A stretch of DNA of 64,000 nt from Olavius algarvensis Delta 4 endosymbiont (GTDB taxonomy: Bacteria; Desulfobacterota; Desulfobacteria; Desulfobacterales; CAJINA01): NCBI GenBank assembly GCA_905176665.1, contig CAJINA010000104.1:36699-100698 (forward strand). The letters are read 5' to 3'. The position numbers were made by a program, and so were the translations under genes. Numbering within the stretch: the first letter of the stretch is position 1; each line of letters opens with the position of its first letter. The notes beneath the pieces were generated by a model. That model saw only the letters and a list, made by a program, of their open reading frames with translations, did not search any database and was not told where the DNA came from. Shown here in pieces: positions 30,522 to 41,000 of this stretch.

Positions 30522-31076
30522 TCATGAGGATGAACGCTTTCTGCTCGCATTAGTGATGTGGTGAGGCCCACCAGACTGCAGAAAGGGGTGTCGCGTAGCA
30601 ACCTTCTCTGTTCAACCTACCAATCATATTAATTATTCTATAGTAAATTCAAACGGAAGACAAGCAGAGAAACGCCCTGCCAAGGTTACATCCGAAAGCG
30701 GTGTGATCCTCAAATACAAAAAGTCCGCAGCCAGCGACCGCGGACTTACATTAAAACGCTTTGTATGGTGATTAAGACAGCATGCAGGCTCGTGAACGTT
30801 TTCCGCTTTCGCGGGCCGCCGCGCGAGAACACCGGTGAAATTCAGCGTAACTCGTAGAACTCATGTCACACTTGCGCAGGTCTTCAACCAAGCGCTTTTT
30901 TTCCATGCTGCAGCATTTGGCACTCTTATTTGCAGAGGATTTCATAAGCAGTACACCCTCTAGTATATCAGGGAAAACCCTGGTGAATGTCAATCAGAAC
31001 TTCACCACCGATAGGTGGTGTGTCTAACCTTAAGATAAACGCCTACCGACCAAAGTCAATTGCAATAGCTTGTTAA

Positions 31077-33095
31077 TCAATGACCTTTCAACCGGGCTTT
31101 GACAAGGTTCAGCACTCCACCTGCCAGCACAATATCAACCTGTCGCTGGTTGAGGTGATGTTCGACCTTGTAAGTTTCTCCCCTGGTTGGATTGATCACC
31201 GTTAAACCTGAATCTGGTCGCAGGTTTACATGGATGTCGGCAATCTCGATCTGATCGCCCTGCTCAACTGCACCGTAATCGGCTGGGTCGGCAAAGGTCA
31301 GCGGCAATATCCCGAAATTGATTAAATTCTGGCGATGAATCCGGGCAAAACTCTTGGCTACGACTGCGCGCAGACCAAGGTAGCGGGGGGCCAGGGCAGC
31401 GTGTTCGCGACTCGAGCCCTGCCCGTAGTTGTCCCCGCCAACCCATAGGAAGCCACTTTCCTGATAAGCCCGGGATCTTTCATAAAGGGTCTCATCGACT
31501 CGGCTGTAAACAAATTTGCTGATCTCCATGATATTGCTGCGATATGGCAAAATTGCCGCCCCGGCCGGCATGATCTCGTCGGTGGACACATCGTCGCCTA
31601 CTTTTAAAAGGACTGGTCCGGATATCGAATCCGGCAACAAGTCGAAAACCGGCAGGGGTTGGATATTGGGTCCCATCTCCAGTTCTACCGGGCCACTCCC
31701 GTTATCCGGCGGCGGCGTCAGCATCTTGGTGTTGATGCGCAGTGTTTTGGGCTCCTTGTAAGTTGGGTAGGGCATATCGAGTGTGCGTGGATCCGTGATA
31801 ACGCCGGTAATAGCGGATGCAGCAGCCGTTTCCGGGCTGCACAAATATACCTGGTCTTCCCTGGTACCGGACCGTCCCGGGAAATTTCGCGGTACCGTAC
31901 GCAGGCTGATCTTACCGGTGGCCGGCGCCTGGCCCATCCCGATGCAGCCGTTGCAGCCCGCCTGGTGAAAGCGCGCCCCGGAATGGAGCAACTTTTCCAC
32001 CATGCCGGCATTTATGAGGTTTTCGAGCATTTGCCGTGACGTAGGGTTGATATCGAAGGAAACGCGTTCAGGTACCTGTCTGCCATCCACCATAAGGGCC
32101 GGGATAGTGAAATCGCGCTGACCGGGATTGGCCGAAGATCCGATGTAAGCCTGGAAGATTTCACGGCCGGCCACTTCGCGCACCGGCACCACGTTTCCCG
32201 GACTGCTGGGCAACGCAATCAGCGGTTCCAGAGTTGACAGATCGATCACGTCTGTAAATTTATACTCGGCATCGGTGTCGGCAGAAAGGGGGCGCCAATC
32301 CGCCCCGCGCCCCTGGACGTTCAAGAACTTTTTTACAACCTCGTCCGATGGAAAGACCGTGGAGGTGGCCCCCAGTTCCGCCCCCATGTTTGCGATGACA
32401 TGGCGGTCCATGACACTTAGACCATCCAAACCGGGCCCGTAGTATTCAAGGACTTTGCCCAGGCCGCCGTTCACGCCGTGCCGCCTGAGCATTTCCAGGA
32501 TGACGTCCTTGGCACTTACCCATTCGGGCAGCTTGCCTTCCAGGCGGACGCCCATCACGGCCGGCATGGGGATATAGATCGGCTCACCGGCCATGGCCAT
32601 GGCCACTTCCAGGCCTCCGGCCCCCATCGCAAACATACCCAGCGCTCCGGCAGCCGGGGTATGACTGTCGGACCCAAGCAGGGTTCGTCCCGGCCTTCCA
32701 AAGCGCTCCATGTGCACTGGATGGCTGATGCCGTTGCCGGGCCGGCTGTACCAGACACCGAACTTTTCACAGGCACTCCGCAAGAACAGGTGGTCGTCGG
32801 CATTTTTATAATCCGTCTGGATCAGATTGTGATCAACATATTGGACCGAAAGCTCTGTTTTTACGTTTTCAATCCCCAGGCTGTCGAACTCCAGCATCAC
32901 CATCGTACCGGTAGCGTCCTGAGTTAGGGTCTGATCGATCTGCAACCCGATTTCCTTTCCTATTTCCATGCTGCCATGCACCAGATGGGCAGCGATCAAT
33001 TTTTCGGTGACGTTGGCTCCCATGTTCACCTCCCGCTGGTTGTATATATGCGACAAAGGTTCGTTCCGCGTTGCAGGCTTATTGAGAATACGCAT
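31077..33095 (-). CDS. Aconitase-family hydratase (aconitate hydratase, mitochondrial/AcnA-type domain order, about 670 aa)
   Basis: GSDSHT, CNGCIGMGQAP (Fe-S ligand region), C-terminal swivel domain VGGDNYGQGSSREHAALAPRYLG. Confidence 0.85.
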   Translation of the reverse strand: MRILNKPATRNEPLSHIYNQREVNMGANVTEKLIAAHLVHGSMEIGKEIGLQIDQTLTQDATGTMVMLEFDSLGIENVKTELSVQYVDHNLIQTDYKNADDHLFLRSACEKFGVWYSRPGNGISHPVHMERFGRPGRTLLGSDSHTPAAGALGMFAMGAGGLEVAMAMAGEPIYIPMPAVMGVRLEGKLPEWVSAKDVILEMLRRHGVNGGLGKVLEYYGPGLDGLSVMDRHVIANMGAELGATSTVFPSDEVVKKFLNVQGRGADWRPLSADTDAEYKFTDVIDLSTLEPLIALPSSPGNVVPVREVAGREIFQAYIGSSANPGQRDFTIPALMVDGRQVPERVSFDINPTSRQMLENLINAGMVEKLLHSGARFHQAGCNGCIGMGQAPATGKISLRTVPRNFPGRSGTREDQVYLCSPETAAASAITGVITDPRTLDMPYPTYKEPKTLRINTKMLTPPPDNGSGPVELEMGPNIQPLPVFDLLPDSISGPVLLKVGDDVSTDEIMPAGAAILPYRSNIMEISKFVYSRVDETLYERSRAYQESGFLWVGGDNYGQGSSREHAALAPRYLGLRAVVAKSFARIHRQNLINFGILPLTFADPADYGAVEQGDQIEIADIHVNLRPDSGLTVINPTRGETYKVEHHLNQRQVDIVLAGGVLNLVKARLKGH

Positions 33096-33345
33096 CGACA
33101 GGTGTCATATCCGCACGGATAACACGCTCCGGAACTGTCGGATTTCGCCAAGATCTTTCAATGATTTCGGTTCTGAAACTTGAGTGCGGAATATGCAGGG
33201 CAAGCACGGGCTTCGCTAGGTTATACGGAGGACGAACCTTGATAAAATTCAGGGAATTGAAAGATCTGATAAAAGATGGATACGCAACCGGTGGATGTCA
33301 AATGGCTGTCAGGTTGCCTGAAAGGCACATTCGCATTTTAAGCCG

Positions 33346-33615
33346 TCATTCGGAATACTTTTTCCACAGGTGCCCATAAGCGCCGTTTTGCTTGATCCGA
33401 TCCAAGGAAGTCTGGAGTTTATTCACAAGAACATCCTCAGTTTTGCGGTTCACCGCCAGGTAATAATCATAGCGGTCATCCAGCAGGATCGTTTTCACTA
33501 CAAGATATTTTGAGGTAGTTGCTTTAAGGTGCGCCGGGTAATTCTCAGCGAGATTGTTTCCCTTAATTTTATCTATTTCGGAAATAGTCCCTGAGCACGC
33601 CCTTGACCAGATCAC
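33346..33615 (-). pseudogene. Relic C-terminal fragment of a solute-binding protein family 3 (amino-acid ABC substrate-binding) gene
   Basis: 89-aa ORF ...YYLAVNRKTEDVLVNKLQTSLDRIKQNGAYGHLWKKYSE matches only the C-terminal about 60 aa of SBP_bac_3 proteins. No N-terminal domain. Overlaps the 3' end of the caspase-like gene. Confidence 0.4.
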
Positions 33616-35278
33616 CGATCACTCCACCGGCTGTATAGTGATTGCCCCGGGCTTTTTTCTTATAGACCTTGGCATTTTCCGTATCATACAGAAATACCGT
33701 GCAACTTTCTTTAATGCTTATCCCTACATCGATGTCAACCAGAACAACCAGATTCGCGCCGACCTGAAGGCCGATGTCACGCACGGTTTTCAAGTCCGGT
33801 TCCAATTTCGAGAACATGTTCTTGCGCTTCCAAAGATTGGGGCTGTTGTGTTTTTCAAATATGCGCGGCTGCGTCAGTTCCACGGGAATGCTATCGGACG
33901 TTTCATATGAGTATTGCAAGGCAACCCGTTCATCACGGTCCAGGGTGGAAACGATCCCCTCCAGGGCGCTACTTTCCACGTTCTTGAGCCAGGCCTCCAG
34001 GTTCGCCTCAGCGGTATAAATGTTGGGGGGCAGGATTGCCAACCGGTAAGCTTCACGGGCGACCCTGCGTGAATTTGTGGTTTGAGGCGAAAGAGCTGCC
34101 TGGAGGCTACTTGCTGTAGCGGTTTTTTCAGCGGTCTTCCTCTTGCGCTCCATCTCCTCCATTTGGGCCTGCAATTTGGCATACTCGATTTCCTGCTTTT
34201 GTTGTTCCAGCTTGAGCTTTTCCAGTTCAATGGTTTTCTGCTGGGCCAGCTGTTCCTTCTCCAGGGCCAGTTTCTGTTTTTCCATTTCAAAACGCTGGCG
34301 TTGGAGTTCCAGTTCAGCCTGGGCCACGGTGGCCTGCTGCCGGGCCCGGTTCTGCTGCTGCCGCTGTGCTTCCAGGGCGACGTGTTTACGGGCATGCTCC
34401 GCGGCCCAGGCCGTGTTGTAAAGCACGAACTGACCGTCCTGGTCCATGGGCGTCTTCAAGCGCCCCACGTTGGGCCGCTGGTCTCCGATCTCGGTCACCT
34501 TGGTCCAGACCCGGGTGTGGAACAGGTTTTCCAGGTCGATCACCTCGCGGTCGTTCTTGCGCAGGGCATCGATCAGGTAAAAGGCAAACAGGCTGTGGCC
34601 TTCGGCGCCGCCGTCCGCCACCGGCTCCACCCCGCCCGACGAGATCACCTGGCGACTGCGCAAGGAGGCTTTCTGGACCAGCTTTTCCTTATAGCGGCGG
34701 TCGTTTAAAGACATCAGCGAGGGACCGCCGCGCAGCATGGACCCGCTGTAGCAGGAGTCGGCAATGACCACCACGTTCTTGGTCTGCAGTTTTTCCGAGC
34801 TGAGCACCGCCTTGATGTAGGAGTTGGCCACCCAGGTCCCGGGGTTTTTCAGGGCACCTTCGGCCGGCACCCAGTAGCCGTCGCCGGTAAAGTCGTCCAA
34901 CTGGCCGTGGCCGGCATAATAGACGAACAGGTTGTCGTGCGCGCCCATGGACTGGGCCAGGTAGCGCAGGTCCTGGATAATCTGCAGGCGGCTGGCCTGG
35001 CGGTCGGTGCGCAGGATGACACTGTCGGGTTTGAACCCGTAGCGGCCGACCAGGGTCTCTTTGATGACCGTGGCGTCCTTTACAGCCGTCTTGAGTCGCG
35101 GCCATTTGGCATAGTCATTTATGCCGATGATCAGGGCGTGGTAGGCACCCCAGGAACCGGACGCTCCGGATTGCGGGACGATGGCCAGGCCGCGCTGTGT
35201 GGATTGAGCTAAAACGGGATGATTGAGAAGAAAAAACAGGGATACTGAAAGGGTCAGAATAAGCCGTTTCAAAAGCAA
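33569..35278 (-). CDS. Secreted caspase-like (peptidase C14/orthocaspase) protein with Q/E/K-rich coiled-coil linker and C-terminal CsgG/LpoB-like(?) domain, paralog 1
   Basis: Signal peptide. HALIIGINDY...YYAGHGQL (His)...VIADSCYSGS (Cys) dyad. Long ELQRQRFEMEKQKLALEKEQL coiled coil. C-terminal about 170-aa domain shared with the paralogs. Confidence 0.85.
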   Translation of the reverse strand: MLLKRLILTLSVSLFFLLNHPVLAQSTQRGLAIVPQSGASGSWGAYHALIIGINDYAKWPRLKTAVKDATVIKETLVGRYGFKPDSVILRTDRQASRLQIIQDLRYLAQSMGAHDNLFVYYAGHGQLDDFTGDGYWVPAEGALKNPGTWVANSYIKAVLSSEKLQTKNVVVIADSCYSGSMLRGGPSLMSLNDRRYKEKLVQKASLRSRQVISSGGVEPVADGGAEGHSLFAFYLIDALRKNDREVIDLENLFHTRVWTKVTEIGDQRPNVGRLKTPMDQDGQFVLYNTAWAAEHARKHVALEAQRQQQNRARQQATVAQAELELQRQRFEMEKQKLALEKEQLAQQKTIELEKLKLEQQKQEIEYAKLQAQMEEMERKRKTAEKTATASSLQAALSPQTTNSRRVAREAYRLAILPPNIYTAEANLEAWLKNVESSALEGIVSTLDRDERVALQYSYETSDSIPVELTQPRIFEKHNSPNLWKRKNMFSKLEPDLKTVRDIGLQVGANLVVLVDIDVGISIKESCTVFLYDTENAKVYKKKARGNHYTAGGVIGDLVKGVLRDYFRNR

Positions 35279-35616
35279 CCTCCAGCCAAGGGAACCATCA
35301 AATGTAGTCTCAATTGAAATGGGTCTGCGGATGCTAATATAGTTTCAAAATAAAGGCAAGTGTGGGCGCTCATGTATCCAATTATCCGTAAACGTTCTTT
35401 GTCAGCCAAGTCAGATGGATTGCTTGAGGTGCCTATTGGCAATGACGATGGACCAAATATCTTAAATTGGAACACTTAAAATGGCTGGCTCATTACTTTG
35501 AAGGCAGGTTTTTAGGAAGCACGATTTTGAGGTAACAATGATGCAATCGGCAGGTAATACAATTAGAAGATAGTTAACCAATGGCCAGTCGATTCTTTAA
35601 AGCCAGGCATCCGATA

Positions 35617-37311
35617 TCATTGGTTCTTAAAATAGTCTTTCATAAGGCTGCGTACATAACCCTCAACGCTGTTAGGATATGCAAGCCAGGCGGGCCTGAA
35701 ATTTTTAGAGTAAATCTTTGCCTTAGCTAAGTCATATAAATAGAAGGTAAAACTTCCGGGATAGATTTCACCTTCTATCATCAAAACAAGATCCACGTCA
35801 ATTTTCAGATTGAGTTTATTAACTTCTTCCCAATCCGGCTTCAATCTGGAGAATATCGATTTCTTTTTCCATACATCATTTTTCGTAATATCACTTAGAA
35901 TTGTTACGCCTTCCGTAAAGTCCTCAAATTCTTCGTAACCATGGGTTAATTTTAATCTATCATCATCAAACGTTACATTGGCGACTGCTTGTATGCTGGC
36001 CAATTGATAACTACGCAGATATCTATCATCATTCGTGGAAGCATATAAATTCTGAGGTAATATCGCCAATTTGTATTCTTCTCGGGAAGCTTTCCGGTTT
36101 AACGCTCCGGGTTGATTTTTTACGGGAGGAGATACTGCCGCGACCATTTGCTGGCCAACCGGCGGGGCGGTTTCTTGAGGTTTGCGCTTCATATCTTCCA
36201 GTCGCGCCTGCAGCTTGGCATATTCGATCTCCTGTTTTTGCTGTTCCAACTTGAGCTTTTCCAGTTCGATGGTTTTCTGCTGAGCCAACTGCTCTTTTCC
36301 CAATGCCAGCTTTTGCTTTTCAATCTCAAAGCGCTGGCGCTGTAGCTCCAGTTCAGCCTGGGCCACCGCGGCCTGCTTTCAGGTCCGGTCCTGCTGCTGC
36401 CGCTCGGCTTCCAAAGCCGTGTGCTTCCGGGCGTGCTCCGCGGCCCAGGCCGTGTTGTAAAGCACGAACTGACCGTCCTGGTCCATGGGCGTCTTCAAAC
36501 GCCCCACGTTGGGCCGCTGGTCGCCGATCTCGGTCACCTTGGTCCAGACCCGGGTGTGGAACAGGTTTTCCAGGTCGATCACCTCGCGGTCGTTCTTGCG
36601 CAGAGCATCGATCAGGTAGTAGGCAAACAGGCTGTGGCCCTCGGCGCCGCCGTCCGCCACCGGCTCCACCCCACCCGACGAGATGACCTGACGCGAACGC
36701 AGAGATGCTTTCTGGACCAGCTTTTCCTTGTAGCGGCGGTCGTTTAGCGACATCAACGACGGTCCGCCTCTCAGCATGGAACCGCTGTAGCAAGAGTCGG
36801 CAATGACCACCACGTTCTTGGCCTGCAGTTTTTCCGAGCTGAGCACCGCGTTGATGTAGGAGTTGGCCACCCAGGTCCCGGGGTTTTTCAGGGCACCTTC
36901 GGCCGGTACCCAGTAACCGTCGCCGGTAAAGTCGTCCAACTGGCCGTGGCCGGCATAATAGACGAACAGGTTGTCGTGCACGCCCATGGACTGGGCCAGG
37001 TACCGCAGGTCTTCGATGATCTGCAGGCGGCTGGCTTTACGGTCGGTACGCAGGATGACGTTATCAGGTTGAAATCCGTAGCGGGAGATAAGAGTCTCTT
37101 TGATAACCGTGGCATCCTTCACTGCGGTCTGCAGCCGCGGCCACTTGGCATAGTCATTTATGCCGATGATCAGGGCGTGGTAGTCACCCCAGGAACCGGA
37201 CGCACCGGATTGCGGGGCGATGGCCAGGCCGCGCTGTGGGGATTGAGCTAAAACAGGATGATTGAGAAGAAAAAGCAGGAATACCAATAAGGTAAGAATT
37301 CTCAAATGCAA
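35617..37311 (-). pseudogene. Caspase-like (C14) paralog 2 interrupted by an in-frame TGA (36379-36381); otherwise the same architecture
   Basis: ORFs 36379-37311 and 35617-36366 are collinear with paralog 1. The TGA AAG replaces the CGG CAG (Arg-Gln) of the paralog inside the coiled coil. No SECIS-like hairpin follows. Confidence 0.6.
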
Positions 37312-37415
37312 GAATAGCCTCCGCTGTAATGTTACCGGCCAACTCCAATGAAAATGATACCCACTCTATTAGTACAATCTGGTGTCAAAGGCAAGTTGCC
37401 GGGTTGGATTGGAGG

Positions 37416-38015
37416 CTATCCTTGCTTATAAAATTTGGGATAATTTTCCTGGGAGCAATCGGGACACATGGAGTGCGGAACTTCTATGTCTGAATAATCT
37501 TTTATATATTGCTCGACGATCACCCAGCGGTTGTCAGGCTCGCGGACTTTGTTGCAACGGATACAGATGGGCGCGATTTCCCCCAGGGCACCCAATATCA
37601 ACTTGTTCATGGCGCGTACCCGCAGGCTCATGCTCTCCAGCAGCTCCAAGGCTAACTCCGGATTTTTCCGGATTTGGTTTTGGAAATCTTCCCGTTCGAT
37701 ACAGACCACTTGCACATAAGTGTCGGCCACTACAGTGGCGGAACGATTTTGCCGGTCAATAAGGGACATCTCTCCAAAATAGCTTTTGGGCCCGAAGGTC
37801 TGAATGTGCTTCTGGTATTTTTCCCCATAGCCAGTATAAATTTTGACCTGACCGTCGATCACGATAAAGAGCCGGTCACCCTGTTCGCCTTCCTGGATGA
37901 TGACATCCTCCCGTTCAAATTCATATTGTTTCGCTTTGTCACTAAGCTGTTTCAGGTCTAGCTCCGGTAGTTTTCCCAGCAAGGGAATTGCTTGAAAAGT
38001 TGCAGACCAGTCCAT
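37416..38015 (-). CDS. Cyclic-nucleotide-binding (cNMP/CAP effector) domain protein with C-terminal Cys4His2 zinc-ribbon-like tail in place of an HTH
   Basis: GEQGDRLFIVIDGQVKIY...YFGEMSLIDRQNRSATVVA cNMP-binding signature. Tail APICIRCNKVREPDNRWVIVEQYIKDYSDIEVPHSMCPDCSQENYP. Confidence 0.8.
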   Translation of the reverse strand: MDWSATFQAIPLLGKLPELDLKQLSDKAKQYEFEREDVIIQEGEQGDRLFIVIDGQVKIYTGYGEKYQKHIQTFGPKSYFGEMSLIDRQNRSATVVADTYVQVVCIEREDFQNQIRKNPELALELLESMSLRVRAMNKLILGALGEIAPICIRCNKVREPDNRWVIVEQYIKDYSDIEVPHSMCPDCSQENYPKFYKQG

Positions 38016-38047
38016 TGAGATCCTATCCTCCCTATTAAATTAAAAGA

Positions 38048-41000
38048 CTATCGATAATCACCAATAACCTGGAATGCAGCCCAATAATAAGGATGCCGGT
38101 ATTCCGGGTTCCCAATCATTTCTAACTGGGCCTGCCGCATGGCGGCAAACTTATTCATGGATTTTGGATTCGCGTAAAAGTGTTTCATCAACACACTGGT
38201 GGACTTGTCGTTCACACTCCAGAAGGTGCTCATGATCGAGGGTGTCCCGGCAAACATGAAGGCCCGGGTCAACCCCATGAGCTCGTCGCCGCTGGCCATT
38301 TTGCCCATAGCGGTGTTGCAGGCGCTAAGTGTAACCAGATAGGCATTCAGATTAAGCTCGAAGATTTCGGCGGTTTCCAGCCGGCCATCCTCATCGTTGC
38401 CCGGGGCCAGCCGCAGGCAGGAGAGCAGCGGGGTGTCCTGGTTGAATTCCCCGTGGGAAGCAATATGCAGAATATCGTAGTTGCCGGCGCTTTGCTTGAA
38501 AGCCGACTCTGAAGCCTGGTTCTGCGTCAAAACTGTGGTCTGATTGAAAAACTGCCTGATGTCCCGGACTTCAACCTCCGCATAGGGCAGCGTCATTTGG
38601 GGGTTACCCAGATTGGGGTTTCCGAGTGCCAGGACCGCCTTTTTAACAGTCTTCTTTTTATCAAAGACATGCCCGAGAACCGAGGCGCTGGGGGAGTAGC
38701 CAATCTCGTAGCTTTCAATCAAATATTTTCCTTCGAGGGTCAGGGCCTGGAAAGGCAGGTAGTGGAGAATCCCGTGCGGAATGATATATATTTTCCCGGC
38801 TGGGATGCCTGATAAAATGTCCGTGACCAGGACATCTTCCAACTGCCGGCTGATGGCCGCCAGGCTTTCCCGGGTTGGGGTCTGACGCGGCGCTTCCTGT
38901 GCGGCGACTTCCAGCCCGCGGACTGTATCCGGCCGACTGATAAGGTCGCGGTAGGCGCTGACAAGCTCAAGCAACTCGCTTGCGTCTATCTGTTTTTGAA
39001 CAAACCGAAAAGATTGCGGCCCGATGATCCAGGCAAATAGGTGCTTATCCCGGAAGTAATATTCCACCAGATGGGCATCCGCCGGAAGCAGTGCCTGGAC
39101 TTTTTCAATCGGCAGGGTGTCCGCTGACCGCAGGGATGCAAAATCTTTATTCCGACGAAACCAGCGCGAAAAGAACTCACCCAGGGCGCCCCGGGCGGCC
39201 GCTATTTCCCGGCTGTTGTCTATAGCCGCACCGCGTTCCTGGAACATACGCGTGTTCATTTCCGTACGGTATTGGACGTTCAACAAGTTCTCCCGCAGCC
39301 TTTTTTCTTCTTCCGTTATCTCCTTGAGGGCTTCGTTTTTTTGGCCGATGATTTTATCCGATCTGGCGATCAAATCAAGAAAGGCGCGTGCTTTTGATTT
39401 TTCTACATAATTATAGGCTGCTTTCGTTCGCTCTAGTTTAACCAAGCACTTTACCATGCGGGCGTAAGGCTCCTGCTTGTCCGACATGAAATTAATTTTA
39501 AGACCATGCGAAGTAAGTCGCGCCCGCGAAAATTCGATGGCATCGATTGCTTTTTGGTAGAATTCCACGGCCAACTCCAGCTTGTTTTCGGACTCGGCGA
39601 TCATCCCCTGGAGCTGGTAGGACCGCCACAGGAAGGCATTGGTCGGGGATTTTACGTTTTGCAAGATTTCCCGCGCCGGCTTGTATTGCCCCTGGTGGTA
39701 TAGTGTTTTGGCGATCCCGATTTGGATGCTGATCATCTGGTCATGGTATATGGCAGGCCGAACCTCGTAGCCAAGATACTTTTCTGCCTCCCTATATAGC
39801 CGCAGCGCCTCTACATAACCGCCGTTGCGCAGAGCGGCATCGCCCATGGTTTGATAGGCGATAGCCAGGGGGACAAACTTACCGATCTCCGTCGTCCGTG
39901 TATTGTAATGCGCCCAGGTGTCGTCAAAATTGTTTATGACCCGGTACGCATAGTATTCGGCCTCAGAACCATCCTGAAGGTGGTAGTGGTTGATGGCCAG
40001 GTAGGCACTTAATAGGAATTCCAGGTAATTCGCTTTGCCGATGATGTGTTTGGGCACCGGTCGTGACAGATTTTCTTTTACCCGCTCGATTTCCTTGAGG
40101 GCCTTTTCGCATTCGGCCACCGAGCTGTGGTAGTCCCCCACGAAGTTGTACGCCAAGGCGAGCCCGGAGCGCACTTTAGGCGTCAAGAGGGTCAGGGGTT
40201 GCTCCGCTTGCAGCCGGCTGGCTTTACGGTGGTAATCCAGGCTCTTATTGTATAGCCCGGTCCAGCGGTAATAATCGCCGATCCGGGCGTAAACATAGCT
40301 CAGGCTGTCGCCGGCCAGACTCCCGGGGTCGCTGATTTCCGCCAACAGATAGGGCAGCTTCACCAAAGCGATATAGAGTTCTTCATCGTTCAGGTCTTTA
40401 AAGAGGGCGAATTGATCCGGGAAGCGACGATCTTCTTTCACCCCGGTTGCCGATAGCTGTGAACGCCCTGATGTATGGGTTCTGATTATCGCCAGGTTTA
40501 TTCTTTTAATTATATACCGCTCATAATTAATCCTACCGCCCCTGTTGGCCGAGCGTACTTTCTGGTGGCCAAACTCGATGGTGTTTTTTCCGGAACGAAA
40601 ATAGGAAGCCGGCAGGTAGCGCTGGGTCCGGGCCTGCTTTTTTCGTTTTTTGGGCCCGGCTTGCCCGGCGTACCATTCGTCCTGATTAATCCCGTATCCT
40701 GCTCGCTTCAAAAAGCCAATCGGATGGCCGTTTAAAAAGAGCGGGTTTTCGGGATGATCTACATCCAGGGTATCGATGCTCAGGTAGGCGTACCGAATCC
40801 GCTGGGTCTCTTTCAGGTTGAAATCAAAGTGGTAGGATTGACGTACGCCGCCCCCGCTGCCTGATGAACCCATCTGCACGCCCAGGTTTCGGCTCTGAAA
40901 AAGCTCCTGCTCGAGGTGCAGGTTCTCCCTACCCTGCGGAATTGTGATTTGAAGGTTGGTGGATGAGCTGACACAGGCCCCTGCAAGCAGCGGCAGCAGG

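Noticed and set aside
30772-30993. 73-aa Cys/Lys-rich minus-strand ORF in the 550-bp gap upstream of the multi-PAS gene
   Set aside because: Short, no recognisable fold or SD. Could be a small metal-binding peptide, but the evidence is too thin to call.
36364-36381. UGA in caspase paralog 2 as a fifth selenocysteine codon
   Set aside because: It aligns with Arg in a paralog within a linker, there is no hairpin of the type seen at the other four sites, and there is no active-site context. Classified as a nonsense interruption instead.
34082-36686. Many 90-210-aa ORFs on both strands across the caspase-like genes (for example 34082-34708, 34366-34767, 36303-36686)
   Set aside because: These are low-complexity, repeat-driven reading frames through the Q/E/K/L coiled-coil codon repeats and the GC-rich caspase domains. 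The caspase-fold frames account for the region.
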